Shown here: piece by piece, positions 32,894 through 46,100 of the stretch
Layout of the letters: each line of letters begins with the position of its first letter
Position numbering within the stretch: the stretch's first letter is position 1
Source of the DNA: Macrostomum lignano
Taxonomy: Eukaryota
Length of the DNA: 64,000 nucleotides
Reading direction: 5' to 3'
NCBI GenBank assembly: GCA_002269645.1
Contig: NIVC01001319.1
Span: 197,775-261,774 of the forward strand
The notes under the pieces: model-generated
The model's database searches: none
What the model saw: only the letters and a program-made list of their open reading frames with translations
Told to the model about the DNA's origin: nothing
Program-made: the position numbers and the translations under genes

Positions 32894-33465
32894 CCAGTCT
32901 GTTCAGGAAAAAGATTTTTGAAGTGAGAGAAGAAGTTCGATTTCTCACTTTTCAATTCACTACTAATACACTGCATTTTTACTAAATAATATTGACAGAG
33001 GTCAAATTAAGAATCAGAATGAAATTAAACTTAGATGGGTTGTATAGTCGTGCGTGTGAATGTGACTCACGCCACACTATCAGTGCACGCGCCCTCGCAA
33101 GATCGATTGTGATTGGCTGGACGATTGTTTGATTTCTGTCTTACCCCAAACCAGCCTGAGCCATGCTGGTGGTCGCTGATCGTGGCAAAGCGATCTGCGA
33201 TCTTTATGTTGGTTTGGTAATACCTAACTTTGAGAATTTTACAATTGCGTCCCAGTTTAATACTAATAGAGGGCTGGTATATTGATTACCAGACTTCTCA
33301 CCCTGTAAGTCCCTTGCGTTGCACTTTTTCAATCTCGCCATGAATAAAAGCTAATATAAATATGGAGTGCCAAGTGCGAGACAGAAGTAAGTCCATTTTA
33401 TTGAATAGAAGTTATCTACTTTACCTCGACTATTTTTCTATTAACTTGAATTTAAAGATTTGAGG

Positions 33466-34014
33466 ATGTCTCAACCAGCAAAAAAGCCCGATAGCTACAT
33501 CGACATGTGGACTCTCGAAGCAAGAGCTATTGAGCAGCACATGAATGGCTTTCTCAGCCGAATGAAGTCACGAGTACTCGAACCGCTTGAACGAGTCGGA
33601 CAGTAGGAAGCGGACCAGAAGCAGGCGCTGACTAGCCTTATTGCAGAGCAGCGCATTGAAATAGCCAAGCTGAGAGCTGACAACCAGCGACTTTAAGAGC
33701 AACTTCAGCGAGTCACAGCTAATCGAGACGCACTGGAAGAGCATCTCGGTGTGCAGATTGCTGCCGAAGAGCTTGACGAAGGAGCTAACGCACCTGGCCA
33801 GATGAAGCGACTGCATCCATCCGCGGCTAACTCGGCTGGTCCCAGTAAAGGTCGAGAACCAAATGCGGAGGACAGCGAAGACGCCGCTGATGACCATGGG
33901 ACAGAAGAGATCGCCGATGATGCTGATGCTCCTAGCCGTAAGAGGCAGGGACAACAAAGCGCTAGCCCAGCTGGTTCCAGCAGAAGCGAAGACCCCAGTG
34001 CAGAGAACAGCTAA
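33466..34014 (+). pseudogene. Decayed coiled-coil/acidic-tail ORF (183 codons)
   Basis: A single frame runs from the ATG at 33466, with in-frame TAG (33604) and TAA (33694) inside a heptad region ..QALTSLIAEQRIEIAKLRADNQRL*EQLQRV. Confidence 0.5.
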
Positions 34015-36367
34015 GACCCGACGGTTACTGCACTCTTATATATGAGTAGTACAGACTTATAATACAAAGTATTCATTTCATCAAATATTATATCAGCTTA
34101 GTTTACTGTATGTTTTTTACATGTATGTTACAGTAAGTATACTTAAATATGTGCTAATTTTGACCAAGTCTTGATGTGGAATGAAAAGCTCTTATTTAAT
34201 ACCCCTCGCAGACTTTAAAAACTCCTTTCACGGCTTTTTTAGTTAGATTTCGTTTTTTTCAAGGAAAATTTTGAGTATACGAGTATTTAAAGCCATCTAG
34301 ATGGAGGCGTCAATATAAAGATAATGCTTTTCATTTCACCATGACTTCCACGATACTATTAGTAAGTAGGCTACTTACCGTATATTAAGTATTCTGCGAG
34401 ACCAGCTCGTGGCGGGACTTTTCACTCTGGCTATATCTTACAATATAAAATACTTAATGTAAGCCATGAAAAGAGTGAACTTGAAGTGGAAAGTCCTGAA
34501 TAATGTCTTTGGTCTTTTTTATTTCGAACAACTTACAGCTGCCATTCTACGGCTAGAATGAACACGAGATTTGTACATTCTTTTCCATCCTTTTGTACTT
34601 AAGTAGTGTGAGTCGACTGTTTGATGGCGTTGATGGCGGTATGAATCAGCCATAAGCGAATAGAAAAAGTAAAAAGCTTCAGAGCTTCTTCAAGTAGTAA
34701 GAAAAAACGAAGTTAAAAGCATTTCGAGTTAGTCTGAGCGCTCTATTTGACGTTTTTGGCAGAATCCTACGTTTGATACATGTACATACTAATTAAAAAT
34801 GGGCTGACAAGCATCTTTTTCGACTAGATGAAATTTATGCACTACTCAATGACTTTGTGGGATGCTTCTAATATATCTTTACAATTGAGACCAATTGGGA
34901 CCGATTAAGAAATGTTCTTTTTGCGACAAAATAATGCAACGGAGCAAGTACACAAATACACGAGTATCTGGACAGGCTCTGGTTTTAATTATAAAATCAA
35001 GTCTAATAATTCCTTTCATAAATCATTCTCTCGGCATTGCACATTCGGCCTCTAATATCTATCTAAGCGACAAAAAACTATGCGCTTGAGATTGAGGGCG
35101 AAGAAACTGAGGGTATGATTAAACAATGTTGGACAGTAGGAGACTGAGAAGCAGAATTAGGATTGAAGAAATGAGTTATTTCTCAACATTGTTTCGGAGT
35201 TAAAGGGTGACTCTTAGACTAAGTGGGAATGGAATGAAGAATTTGGAAGGATGAATACTTATAATTTATTGAATGTAGAATGTAGAAATTTTGCATCGAC
35301 AAATGTATACTTTTAGCCAGGAGCAGATATATAATTTCTTTTCGGAGGCCAAGGGGCGCCAGTTAGCACGAGGGGCGCCATGTTATAGGGATGCCAATCA
35401 GGGTCAATCCAGGGTGCCAAAACTGCCAAAAGGGCGCAAAAACCGTTAGAACAAACTGTGACGTTGCTAGTTTAAGTGGTCCCGCAAAAGGGCCGTTGGA
35501 CTATAGTTTCCCTTGCAATTTCTCATTTTAATTTCTCCAATAGTTTATTTTAACGTTTACTTGTAGTAGCGTGCAAATAATCTGTATCAACTGCTAATTC
35601 ACTGTGTATTCGGTAGGCCTTGCGTTCGTCTGTAAATTTTAGCACGATCGATAATTTCAAGTTCTCTCGCCAGCCAATGAAACTCTCCGTGTTTTATGCT
35701 ACCCCCCCTTTTGCGCTCTTTATTAACCCCCGCCTGGCGGCGGGCTCCTCACTTCTCCTGCCTTCTGTCTGCCTCCTCCCTTCGGGCCCCTCACTTCGCG
35801 GCTCTTGTTTTCCTTCTCTCTCTCTCTCTCTCTCTCTTGGCTGCCTCGAGCCTGCCTTATCTCTCGCCACGGCCCACCCTGTCTGGGCCCGTCTCGCCAG
35901 CCAGACCTGTTTACGCCTTTCCACTGCCAGTCTATTCTCCTAGTGCCACTGCACTGTTTGCTCACTGCCATCATTCGCCACTTGGGATCACCTTCATCGT
36001 GCTCAACCGCCTTCAACTTAACTTAACTTATTGTTGCGCTGCCGCCAGTGCCCAGTACAGTAGTCCACTATATTGAAACTGTTAACCTTTGTGTAAATCT
36101 GACTGCTACTCAAATAAACAAGCCTACGCCCAACTGGTTGCCGCGATATTGCCAGTGCTGCCGCTACAAACCGCCGTGTTGTCTCAACTAGTATTTCTTC
36201 ACTACGACAAAACACGTGACAAAACGCTAAAATGCAACCGTCAAGGGGCGCCAGTGTCTAAAGGGCGTTGTCGTAGTTTCGAGGGGGCTGCCGCCCCCCC
36301 CCCCGTTCCCCCAAATAAAAGATACATGACGCATGACATAAGCGCGCATTTAGTAACTGCTCTTAGT

Positions 36368-36615
36368 GACACAAGCACATTTAAAATGCATGAGTCTGGC
36401 ACAAGCACATTTAAAATGCATGAGTCTGGCACAAGCACATTAAAAATGCATGAGTCTGGCACAAGCACATTTAAAATGCATGAGTCTGGCACAAGCACAT
36501 TTAAAATGCATGAGTCTGGCACAAGTACAGTTAAAATGCATGAGTCTGGCACAAGCACATTTAAAATGCATGAGTCTGGCACAAGTACATTTAAAATGCA
36601 TGAGTCTGGCACAGG
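36368..36615 (+). repeat. 30-bp minisatellite, ~8 copies (CACAAGCACATTTAAAATGCATGAGTCTGG)
   Basis: Directly visible; no spacers between units. Confidence 0.95.
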
Positions 36616-38094
36616 CGCACATTCTAGACGCATCAATCTGAATGCTGCAGCTTGAAGTTAGAATAATAAGACCGGCGTATTCAGCCCTCCCGTATCCAAG
36701 CTCTCCCAGCAGCCAGTGCCGGACCATCAGCTGCAGCCAGCGACAGACCATCAAAACCCGGCCTCAGACTTGCGTAACTTGTGGTTCTATTCCTAGCTAC
36801 TGAACATTTTACCATTTTTAATCGCAGCATTGTAAAATTTTAAGTCTAAGCATTTTAAATTTGTGAAAAAAAATTATAGAGAAAACGACAGACCATTTTT
36901 AGTATATGGACTAGCAATCTACGCCCCCCGTTGGGGAGCCAAAGAAATGCAATACACGTTTTTTTAATAAGCTACATGTATCCTTGAAATCTTAAAAAAT
37001 CTCCTGTCAAACCTTGTAAGCCTTGACATGTCAGTAATTCCCCCCCCCCACAAGCTTTAACATATTAACTTCCCCCTTGACATCTCAGCAATGCCCCCAA
37101 TAAGCCTTGGAAATCTAAAAATATTTGTCAACCTTCTAACCCTACCCTAGCCTACCCTAACCCTAACCCTAACCCTAACCTAACCCTAAAGCATTGAAAT
37201 TTCAGTAATTCTCTCTAAGAGTCATTATAGCACTACTACAGCATTATAGCGATTCCCTGCAAGCCTCGACATCGTAGGGATTCCTAAATGAATCTCTTAA
37301 CTTCGACATGAAGCTTCTTTTATTTTTTACATTACGCTTTTTTTTATCAGCGATCCCTCCCCTGAGGAGGCATCAAATAATGTAATAAAAAGTTTTCAAT
37401 AAACTACATGTAGCTTCTGACTTTAGCCTTGAAATCTCATTTATACCCCCGTGAGCCTTGACATCTCAGCTATTCCCCCCGTAAGCCTTAACATGTCAAC
37501 AATGGCCCCCATAAACCTTGAAATCTAAAAAATCCCCTGTTATTCTGTTAACCTTGAAACCCGATAAAATATAACCCTCAACCCACACCTGACCTAAACC
37601 TAACTTTAACCCAACCTAAAGCCTTGAAATCTCAGCAATTCTTCTCCCCTAAGCCTTGACATTTTAGTGATTCCTTCTTTAAGAATCACAGCACTATAAC
37701 GATTTCCACCAAGCTTTGACATCGTAGCGATTCCCAAATGAATCTTTTAACTTCGACATGACTTTCCTTTTATGTATACGTAGTGCTACTTTTATTTTTT
37801 ACATGACTCTTCTCCTATCAGCGCCCCCCCGTGGCGAGCCAACAAAGAATGCAATAAAAAATTGAGTAAAGTACATGAACTTTGAAGTAGCTTCTTACTT
37901 TTGCTTTGCCATCTCAGAACCCCCCCCCGTAATCTCAGTTATTCTCTGAGAGCCTTTACGTCTCAGTTTTTCTCCCCAGCACAGCATTATAGCTGCATTT
38001 AATTTTTACATGACACCCTTCATGTCTGACATGAAGCTTCTTTTATTCTACCATGATGCTTCTTAATTTTTTGAATGACACTTTCATTAGTTTT

Positions 38095-39415
38095 TAAATG
38101 AGGCTTCTATGATTTTTTCTTGACGCTTCTATGATTTTTTAAATGACGCTTCTATGATTGTTTACATAACGCTTCTATGATTTTTTACATGGCGCTTCTA
38201 TGATTGTTTACATGACGCTTCTATGATTGTTTACATGACGCTTCTATGATTGTTTACATAACGCTTCTATGATTTTTTACATGACGCTTCTATGCTTTTT
38301 ACATGACGCTTCTATGATTGTTTACATGACGCTTCTATGATTGTTTACATGACGCTTCTATGATTTTTTACATGACGCTTCTATGATTGTTTACATGACG
38401 CTTCTATGATTTTTTTAAATGACGCTTTTATGATTTTTAAATGACGCTTCTACGATTTTTTACATGACGCTTCTATGATTTTTTAAATGACGCTTCTATA
38501 ATTTTTTACATGACGCTTCTATGATTGTTTACATGACGCTTCTATGATTCTTTACATGACGCTTCTATGATTCTTTACATGACGCTTCTATGATTTTTAT
38601 ATGACGCTTCTACGATTTTTTACATGACGCTTCTATGATTGTTTACATGACGCTTCTATGATTTTTTACATGGCGCTTCTATGATTGCTTACATGACGCT
38701 TCTATGATTGTTTACATGACGCTTCTATGATTTTTTACATGACACTTCTATGATTGTTTACATGACGCTTCTATGATTGTTTACATGGCGCTTCTATGAT
38801 TGTTTACATGACGCTTCTATGATTCTTTACATGACGCTTCTATGATTTTTTACATGGCGCTTCTATGATTGTTTACATGACGCTTCTATAATTGTTTACA
38901 TGACGCTTTTATGATTTTTAAATGACGCTTCTACGATTTTTTACATGACGCTTCTATGATTTTTTAAATGACGCTTCTATAATTGTTTACATGACGCTTC
39001 TATGATTGTTTACATGACGCTTCTATGATTCTTTACATGACGCTTCTATGATTCTTTACATGACGCTTCTATGATTTTTATATGACGCTTCTACGATTTT
39101 TTACATGACGCTTCTATGATTGTTTACATGACGCTTCTATGATTTTTTACATGGCGCTTCTATGATTGCTTACATGACGCTTCTATGATTGTTTACATGA
39201 CGCTTCTATGATTTTTTACATGACACTTCTATGATTGTTTACATGACGCTTCTATGATTGTTTACATGGCGCTTCTATGATTGTTTACATGACGCTTCTA
39301 TGATTCTTTACATGACGCTTCTATGATTTTTTACATGGCGCTTCTATGATTGTTTACATGACGCTTCTATGATTTTTTACATGACGCTTCTATGATTTTT
39401 ACATGACGCTTCTTT
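38095..39415 (+). repeat. 23-bp satellite (TGACGCTTCTATGATTGTTTACA) with an ~481-bp higher-order duplication
   Basis: Tandem units; the block near 38431 recurs near 38912. Confidence 0.95.
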
Positions 39416-40603
39416 TTAAAAAGTCTTTTAGTTTTCCTGACGTTGAAAAGCTTTAATAAAAAAATTATAATCTATGAAAATTCGAACAATCGTCGCTGCA
39501 TTTAGCAGTTCAGTTTGTTCACCTCTAGGCTAGCTCTCATCGTTTTGATAACATCAAATTTTGCACTTATATATATAATTCAACCGCTTAAAATCCAAGC
39601 ATAGAGTAAATCACACGAAGCAGTTATGACATAATCAATTTCTCAGTCAGTCAGTGTGACGCGACCCTTCTTGTTCGGTGCTGACGGCTATGCACTTATC
39701 AATAAAAGAGTCTACGTAGCAAGAAAGTTTAGAATTTTAACTTCGACTGATTGTATTTAACCGTATTATATTATTTATTTGAAGACAGGAGTTAACTGTT
39801 ACTGTTAAATTATTGGTAGTAAGTACTAAGTATGGCGAATAGGCACAACGCGGCGGACAAACCAACAGCACACACGAGCCCAGCGAGACAAGAAACACTA
39901 GAGAACAAAAATGCGAAATAACCCACTTTTAAATAATGCAATACCCGTATTTCTATGAATGATACAGTAAAACAAATTTTATGTATAAATATAGAATAAA
40001 TTTAAGATTCGTTTAATAAATAGTAGCTAGAGTAATAATATAATACTAAAAAGGCATTAATAACACTAGAATATTTTCAGAAATAAATATCAACATCGTT
40101 ACAGTCAGTATCAGTTAACAATATGGTTACGCAATTTAAATCAAGTCTGGTGCTACGCTTCCACACTGCATTTTCAATTCAAGTCGGAGTTACAATTCAG
40201 TGATGATGCAATCTATTTCAGAATCAGAATTCAACCAGTCAGTTTTTTCTCTAGCATTCCTACAATGCATTTCAAGTCGAAAAGTTTGCTTGACCTTTGC
40301 AAAAAAGCATGTTTTTCGAATATTTAATGCCTTTAGCATCGAGCAATTTCTTAGCCACGATGCATGTACAGTCACGGGAAAATTTCTGATCGAACAGTGC
40401 AAGTTTGAACAAAATCGGTCCAGCCATTTTTTCTGTAATCGATCACATAGATAGGATAGCAATCTTTGCCCCCCGATGGGGGACATCTGGATAGAATCTC
40501 TGTTCTCTACAAGTAACAAAAAGACAGCCAAAAAATCCTTCACAAAGACAACAGACAAACTGCTCAAATGAAGTGAATTGCAATAAGAAATCTTCCCAAG
40601 ACC

Positions 40604-41030
40604 ACAAGCATCCCCCAGATAGCAAGCATTCCCCCAGATAGCAAGCATTCCACAGATTGCAAGCATCCCCCAGATAGCAAGCATCCCCCAGATAGCAAGC
40701 ATCCTCCAGATAGCAAGCATCCCCCAGATAGCAAGCATCCCCCAGATAGCAAGCATCCCCAGATAGCAAGCATTCCCCAGATAGCAAGCATCCACCAGAT
40801 AGCAAGCATCCTCCAGATAGCAAGCATCCCCCAGATAGCAAGCATCCCTCAGATAGCAAGCATCCCTCAGATAGCAAGCATCCACCAGATAGCAAGCATC
40901 CCTCAGATAGCAAGCATCCCCCAAATTGCAAGCATCGCCCAGATAGCAAGCATCCCCCAGAAAGCAAGCATCCTCCAAATAGCAAGCATCCCCCAGATAG
41001 ATAGCATCCCCAAATAGCAACCATCCACCA
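40604..41030 (+). repeat. ~20-bp satellite (CCCCCAGATAGCAAGCATCC); other arrays at ~44220-44650, 47680-48365, 55135-55600 and 62268-62635
   Basis: Tandem units near the 3' end of each Helitron unit. Confidence 0.93.
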
Positions 41031-41134
41031 GACAATAAGTAGCTAGAGCGACAATTTCCTTAGCTTTATAGTGGCTCCTTTAAATTGGCATGGCGCTTTA
41101 TACCTTTACATTTATATCTTGTATATCTTGAATG

Positions 41135-43130
41135 TTTGACATGGTGGCTCTTTTATGTTTTACATAGTGGCTCTTCTATGTTTGGCATGGTGGCTCTTTT
41201 ATGTTTGACATAGTGGCTCTTTTATGTTTGACATGGTGGCTCTTCTAGCTTTGACATGGTGGCTTTTTTAGGTTTGACATGGTGGCTCTTTTATGTTTGA
41301 CATGTTGGCTTTTTAATGTTCGCCATGGTGGCTCTTTTAGGTTTGATATGGTGGCTCTTTTATGCTCAACATGGTGGCTCTTTAATGTTCGACATGGTGG
41401 CTCTTTAATGTTTGAAATGGTGGCTCTTTATTTTTGAAATGTTGGCTGTTTTATGTTTGACATGGTGGCTCTTTAATTTTTAACATGGTGACTCTTTTAT
41501 GTTCGATATGGTGGCTCTTTTATGTTCGACATGGTGGCTCCTTTAGGTTTGAAATGGTGGCTCTTTAATGTTTAACATTGTGGCTCTTTAATGTTCGACA
41601 TGGTGGCTCTTTAATTTTTAACATGGTGACTCTTTTATGTTCGATATGGTGGCTCTTTTATGTTCGACATGGTGGCTCCTTTAGGTTTGAAATGGTGGCT
41701 CTTTAATGTTTAACATTGTGGCTCTTTAATGTTAGACATGGTGGCTTTTTAATATTCGACATGGTGCCTCTTATAGGTTTGAAACGGTGGCTCTTTAATG
41801 TTTGACATGGTGGCTTTTCTCTATGTTTGACATGGTGTCTCTTTTATGTTTGACATGGTGGCTTTTCTATGTTCGACATGGTGGCTCTTTTAATGGTCGA
41901 CATGGTGGCTCTTCAATGTTCTTCATGTTGGCTATTTTATGTTTGACATGGTGGCTTTTTTATGTTTGACATGTTGGCTCTTTTATGTTGGACATGGTGG
42001 CTCTTTAATGTTCGACATGGTGGCTCCTTTCGGTTTGAAATGGTAGCTCTTTAATGTTCGACATTGTGGCTCTTTAATGTTTGACATTGTGGCTCTTTAA
42101 TGTTATTAATGGTGTCTGTTTTATGTTTGAAACGGTGGCTCTTTAATGTTTGACATGGTGACTCTTTAATGTTTGACATGGTGGCTTTTCTATGTTTGAC
42201 ATGGTGGCTCTTTTATGTTTGACATGGTGGCTTTTTATTGTTCGACATGGTGGCTCTTTCAGGTTTGAAACGGTGGCTCTTTAATGTTTGACATGGTGGC
42301 TCTTTAATGTTTGTCATGGTGGCTTTTCTATGTTTGAAATGGTGGCTCTTGTATGTTCGACATGGTGGCTCTTTTAGGTTTGAAATGGTGGCTCTTTAAT
42401 GTTTGACATTGTGGCTTTTTAATGTTTGACATGGTGGCTTCTTAATGTTCGACATGGTGGCTCTTTAATGTTTGACATGGTGGCTCTTTAATGTTCGACA
42501 TGGTGGCTCTTTAATGTTTGACATGGTCACTTTTTTATGTTTGATATGGTGGCTCTTTTATGTTCGACATGGTGGCTCTTTAATGTTTGACATGGTGGCC
42601 CTTTTATGTTTGACATGGTTGCTCGGCTCTTTAATGTTTGACATGGTAACTCTTTTATGTTTGATATGGTGGCTCTTTTATGTTCGACAATGTGGCTCTT
42701 TAATGTTTGACATTGTGGCTTTTTAATGTTCGACATGGTGGCTCTTTAATGTTCGACATGATGGCTCCTTTAGGTTTGAAATGGTAGCTCTTTAATGTTC
42801 GACATTGTGGCTCTTTAATGTTTGACATTGTGGCTCTTTAATGTTATTAATGGTGTCTGTTTTATGTTTGACATGGTGGCTCTTCTATGTTCGACATGGT
42901 GGCTCTTTAATGTTTGCCATGGTGGCTCTTTAATTTTGGAAATGGTGGCTGTTTTATGTTTGACAAGGTGGCTCTTTATTGTTCGACATGGTGGCTCTTT
43001 AATTCTTAACATGGTAACTCTTTTATGTTCGATATGGTGGCTCTTTTATGTTCGACATGGTGGTTCTTTAATGTTCGACATGGTGGCTCCTTAAGGTTTG
43101 ACAGGGTGGCTCTTCTATTGCGCTTCTTTT
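41135..43130 (+). repeat. 22-23-bp satellite (GACATGGTGGCTCTTTAATGTTT); other arrays at ~44652-46935, 48430-51052 and 51982-53470
   Basis: Tandem units, with a homogenised variant sub-array (ataaagtcacatatatgtttgac) at ~45528-45660. Confidence 0.95.
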
Positions 43131-46100
43131 ATGTTTAGCAGTTTTTTGTTTTTAAGGTGTTTTAATAAAAAAATTATTTTGCGCTACTAAGATTCGAACC
43201 CAGGTCGCTACATTAGCATTCCAGTCTGTTCGCATCAGGGCTATCCCTTTTCAATTGGAGAACATGAATTGTGGCCCTTATAATTCAATTCTTACAGCAA
43301 GTCAATTGGAGTAAAAAGTTATGACATAATCAATTTCTCAGTCAGCCAGTATCAGTCTCAATTTAAGTTAGCAATATTGTTACGCAATTTAAATCATGTC
43401 GTGTGTGCATTTCTTCGGCACTGTTTTCAACTTGTTGTGATGCAATCTTTATCACAATCGGAATTCAGTCAGTCAGTTTTTTCTCTAGCATTCTTACAAT
43501 GCATTTCAGGTCGAAAGAGCTGCTTGACCTTTGCAAAAAAGCATGTTTTCGAATATTTAATCCCTTTAACATTGAGCAATTTCTTAGCCAAGATGCATGT
43601 ACAGTCCCAGGAAAATTTCTGATCAAATGGTGCAAGTTTACAGAAAATCGGTTGAGCCGTTTTTTCTGGAATCTATCTCACACATACACACAGACATTTC
43701 ATTTTTAGTATATAGGATTAAGTTAGCAATATTGTTACGCAATTTAAATCATGTCGTGTGTGCATTTCTTCGGCACTGTTTTCAACTTGTTGTGATGCAA
43801 TCTTTATCACAATCGGAATTCAGTCAGTCAGTTTTTTCTCTAGCATTCTTACAATGCATTTCAGGTCGAAAGAGCTGCTTGACCTTTGCAAAAAAGCATG
43901 TTTTCGAATATTTAATCCCTTTAACATTGAGCAATTTCTTAGCCAAGATGCATGCACAGTCCCAGGAAAATTTCTGATCAAATGGTGCAAGTTTGAAGAA
44001 AATCGGTTGAGCCGTTTTTTCTGGAATCTATCTCACACATACACACAGACATTTCATTTTTAGTATATAGGACTAGCAATCTTCGCCCCCCGATGGGGGA
44101 CATCTAGATAGAATCTCTGTTCTCTACAAGTATCAATAAGATGGCCAAACAAAGCCTTCACATAGTCAATAGTAAAACTGCTCAGATGAAGTGCAATGCG
44201 AAAAGAAAACATCCTAAGACAGCAAGCATCCCCCCAGATAGCAAGCACCTCCAGATAGCAAGCATCCCCCCAGATAGCAAGCACCTCCAGATAGCAAGCA
44301 TCCCCCCAGATAGCAAGCACCTCCAGATAGCAAGCATCCCCCCAGATAGCAGGCACCCCCCCAGATAGCAAGCATCACCCAGATAGCAAGCATCCCAGAT
44401 AGCAAGCATCCCCCAGATAGCAAGCATCCCCCAGGTAGCAAGCATCCCCAAAATAGCAAGCATCCCCCAGATAGCAAGCATCCCCCAGATAGCAAGCATC
44501 CCCCAGATAGCAAGCATCCCAGATAGCAAGCATCCCCCAGATAGCAAGCATCCCCCAGATAGCAAGCATCCCCCAGATAGCAGGCACCCCCAGATAGCAG
44601 GCACCCCCAGATAGCAAGCACCCCAGATAGCAAGCACCCCAGATAGCAGGCGACATGGTGGCTTTTTACTGTTAGACATGGTGGCTCTTTAATGTTAGAC
44701 ATGGTGGCGCTTTAATGTTCGACATGGTGGTTCTTTAATGTTAGACATTATGGCTCTTTTATGTTTAACAATGTGGCTCTTTAATGTTTTACATGGTGGC
44801 TTTTAAATGTTTGACATGGTGGCTCTTAAATGTTTGACATGGTGGCTCTTTAATATTCTACATGGTGGCTCTTTAATGTTCGACATAGTGGCTCTTTAAT
44901 GTTAGACATGGTGGCTCTTCTATGTTTGACATGGTGGCTCTTCTATTTTTGACATGGTGGCTCTTTAATGTTCGACATGGTGGTTCTTTAATGTTCGACA
45001 TGGTGGCTCTATAATGTTCTACATGGTGGCCCTTTAATGTTCGACATGGTGGCTCTTTACTGTTAGACATGGTGGCTCTTTAATGTTTGACATCATGCCA
45101 GATTTATGTTTGACATGGTGGCTCTTTAATGTTCGACATGGTGGCTCTTTTAGGTTTGACATGGTGGCTCTTTAATGTTCGACATGGTGGTTCTTTAATG
45201 TTCGACATGGTAGCTCTTTAATGTTCTACATGGTGGCCCTTAATTGTTCGACATGGTGGCTCTTTACTGTTAGACATGGTGGCTCTTTAATGTTTGACAT
45301 CATGCCAGATTTATGTTTGACATGGTGGCTCTTTAATGTTTGACATGGTGGCTCTTTTCTGTTAGACATGGTGGGTCTTTTTGGTTTGACATGGCGGCTC
45401 TTTAATGTTTCACATGGTGGCTCTTTAATGTTTTACATGGTGGCTCTTTAATGTTTGACATGGTGGCTCTTTAATGTTCGACATGGTGGTTCTTTAATGT
45501 TCGAAATGGTGGCTCCTTAATGTTTGACATAAAGTCACATATATGTTTGACATAAAGTCACATATATGTTTGACATAAAGTCACATATATGTTTGACATA
45601 AAGTCACATATATGTTTGACATAAAGTCACATATATGTTTGACATAAAGTCACATATATGTTCGACATGGTGGCTCTTTTTAACATCTGACATAGTGGCT
45701 CTTCTATGTTTAACATGGTGGCTCTTTTATGTTTGACATGGTGGCTCTTTAATGTTCTTCATGGTGGCTCTTTAAGGTTCGACATGGTGGCTCTTTAATG
45801 TTCGAAATGGTGGCTCCTTAATGTTCTTCATGGTGGCTCTTTTTTGTTCGACATGGTGGCTCTTTTTTGTTCTACATGGTAACTCTTTTATGTTTGATAC
45901 GGTGGCTTTTCAATGTCTGACATGTTGGCTCTTTTATGTTTGACATGGTGGCTCTTTAATGTTCGACAAAGTGGCTCTTTAATGTTTGACATGGTGGCTA
46001 TTGTTTGACATGGTGGCTCTTTAATGTTCGAAATAGTGGCTCTTCAATGTTTGAAATGGTGGCTCTATTATGTTCGACATGGTGGCTCTTTTAGGTTTGA

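Noticed and set aside
10469-33696. Alternative genetic code (TAA/TAG read as Gln), suggested by in-frame TAR codons in five ORFs
   Set aside because: Neighbouring genes terminate normally at TAA or TAG, the PLA2 stop sits where an aromatic residue is expected, and frameshifts and an LTR insertion show ordinary decay.
35320-36340. Possible MITE with ggggcgcc motifs
   Set aside because: I could not identify matching termini or a TSD.
36089-36754. 30-bp repeat as a CRISPR array or repeat protein
   Set aside because: The units are contiguous with no unique spacers, no cas genes are present, and the context is eukaryotic.
37138-37188. True telomere or chromosome fusion site
   Set aside because: The blocks are short, degenerate and embedded at comparable positions within Helitron-like units.
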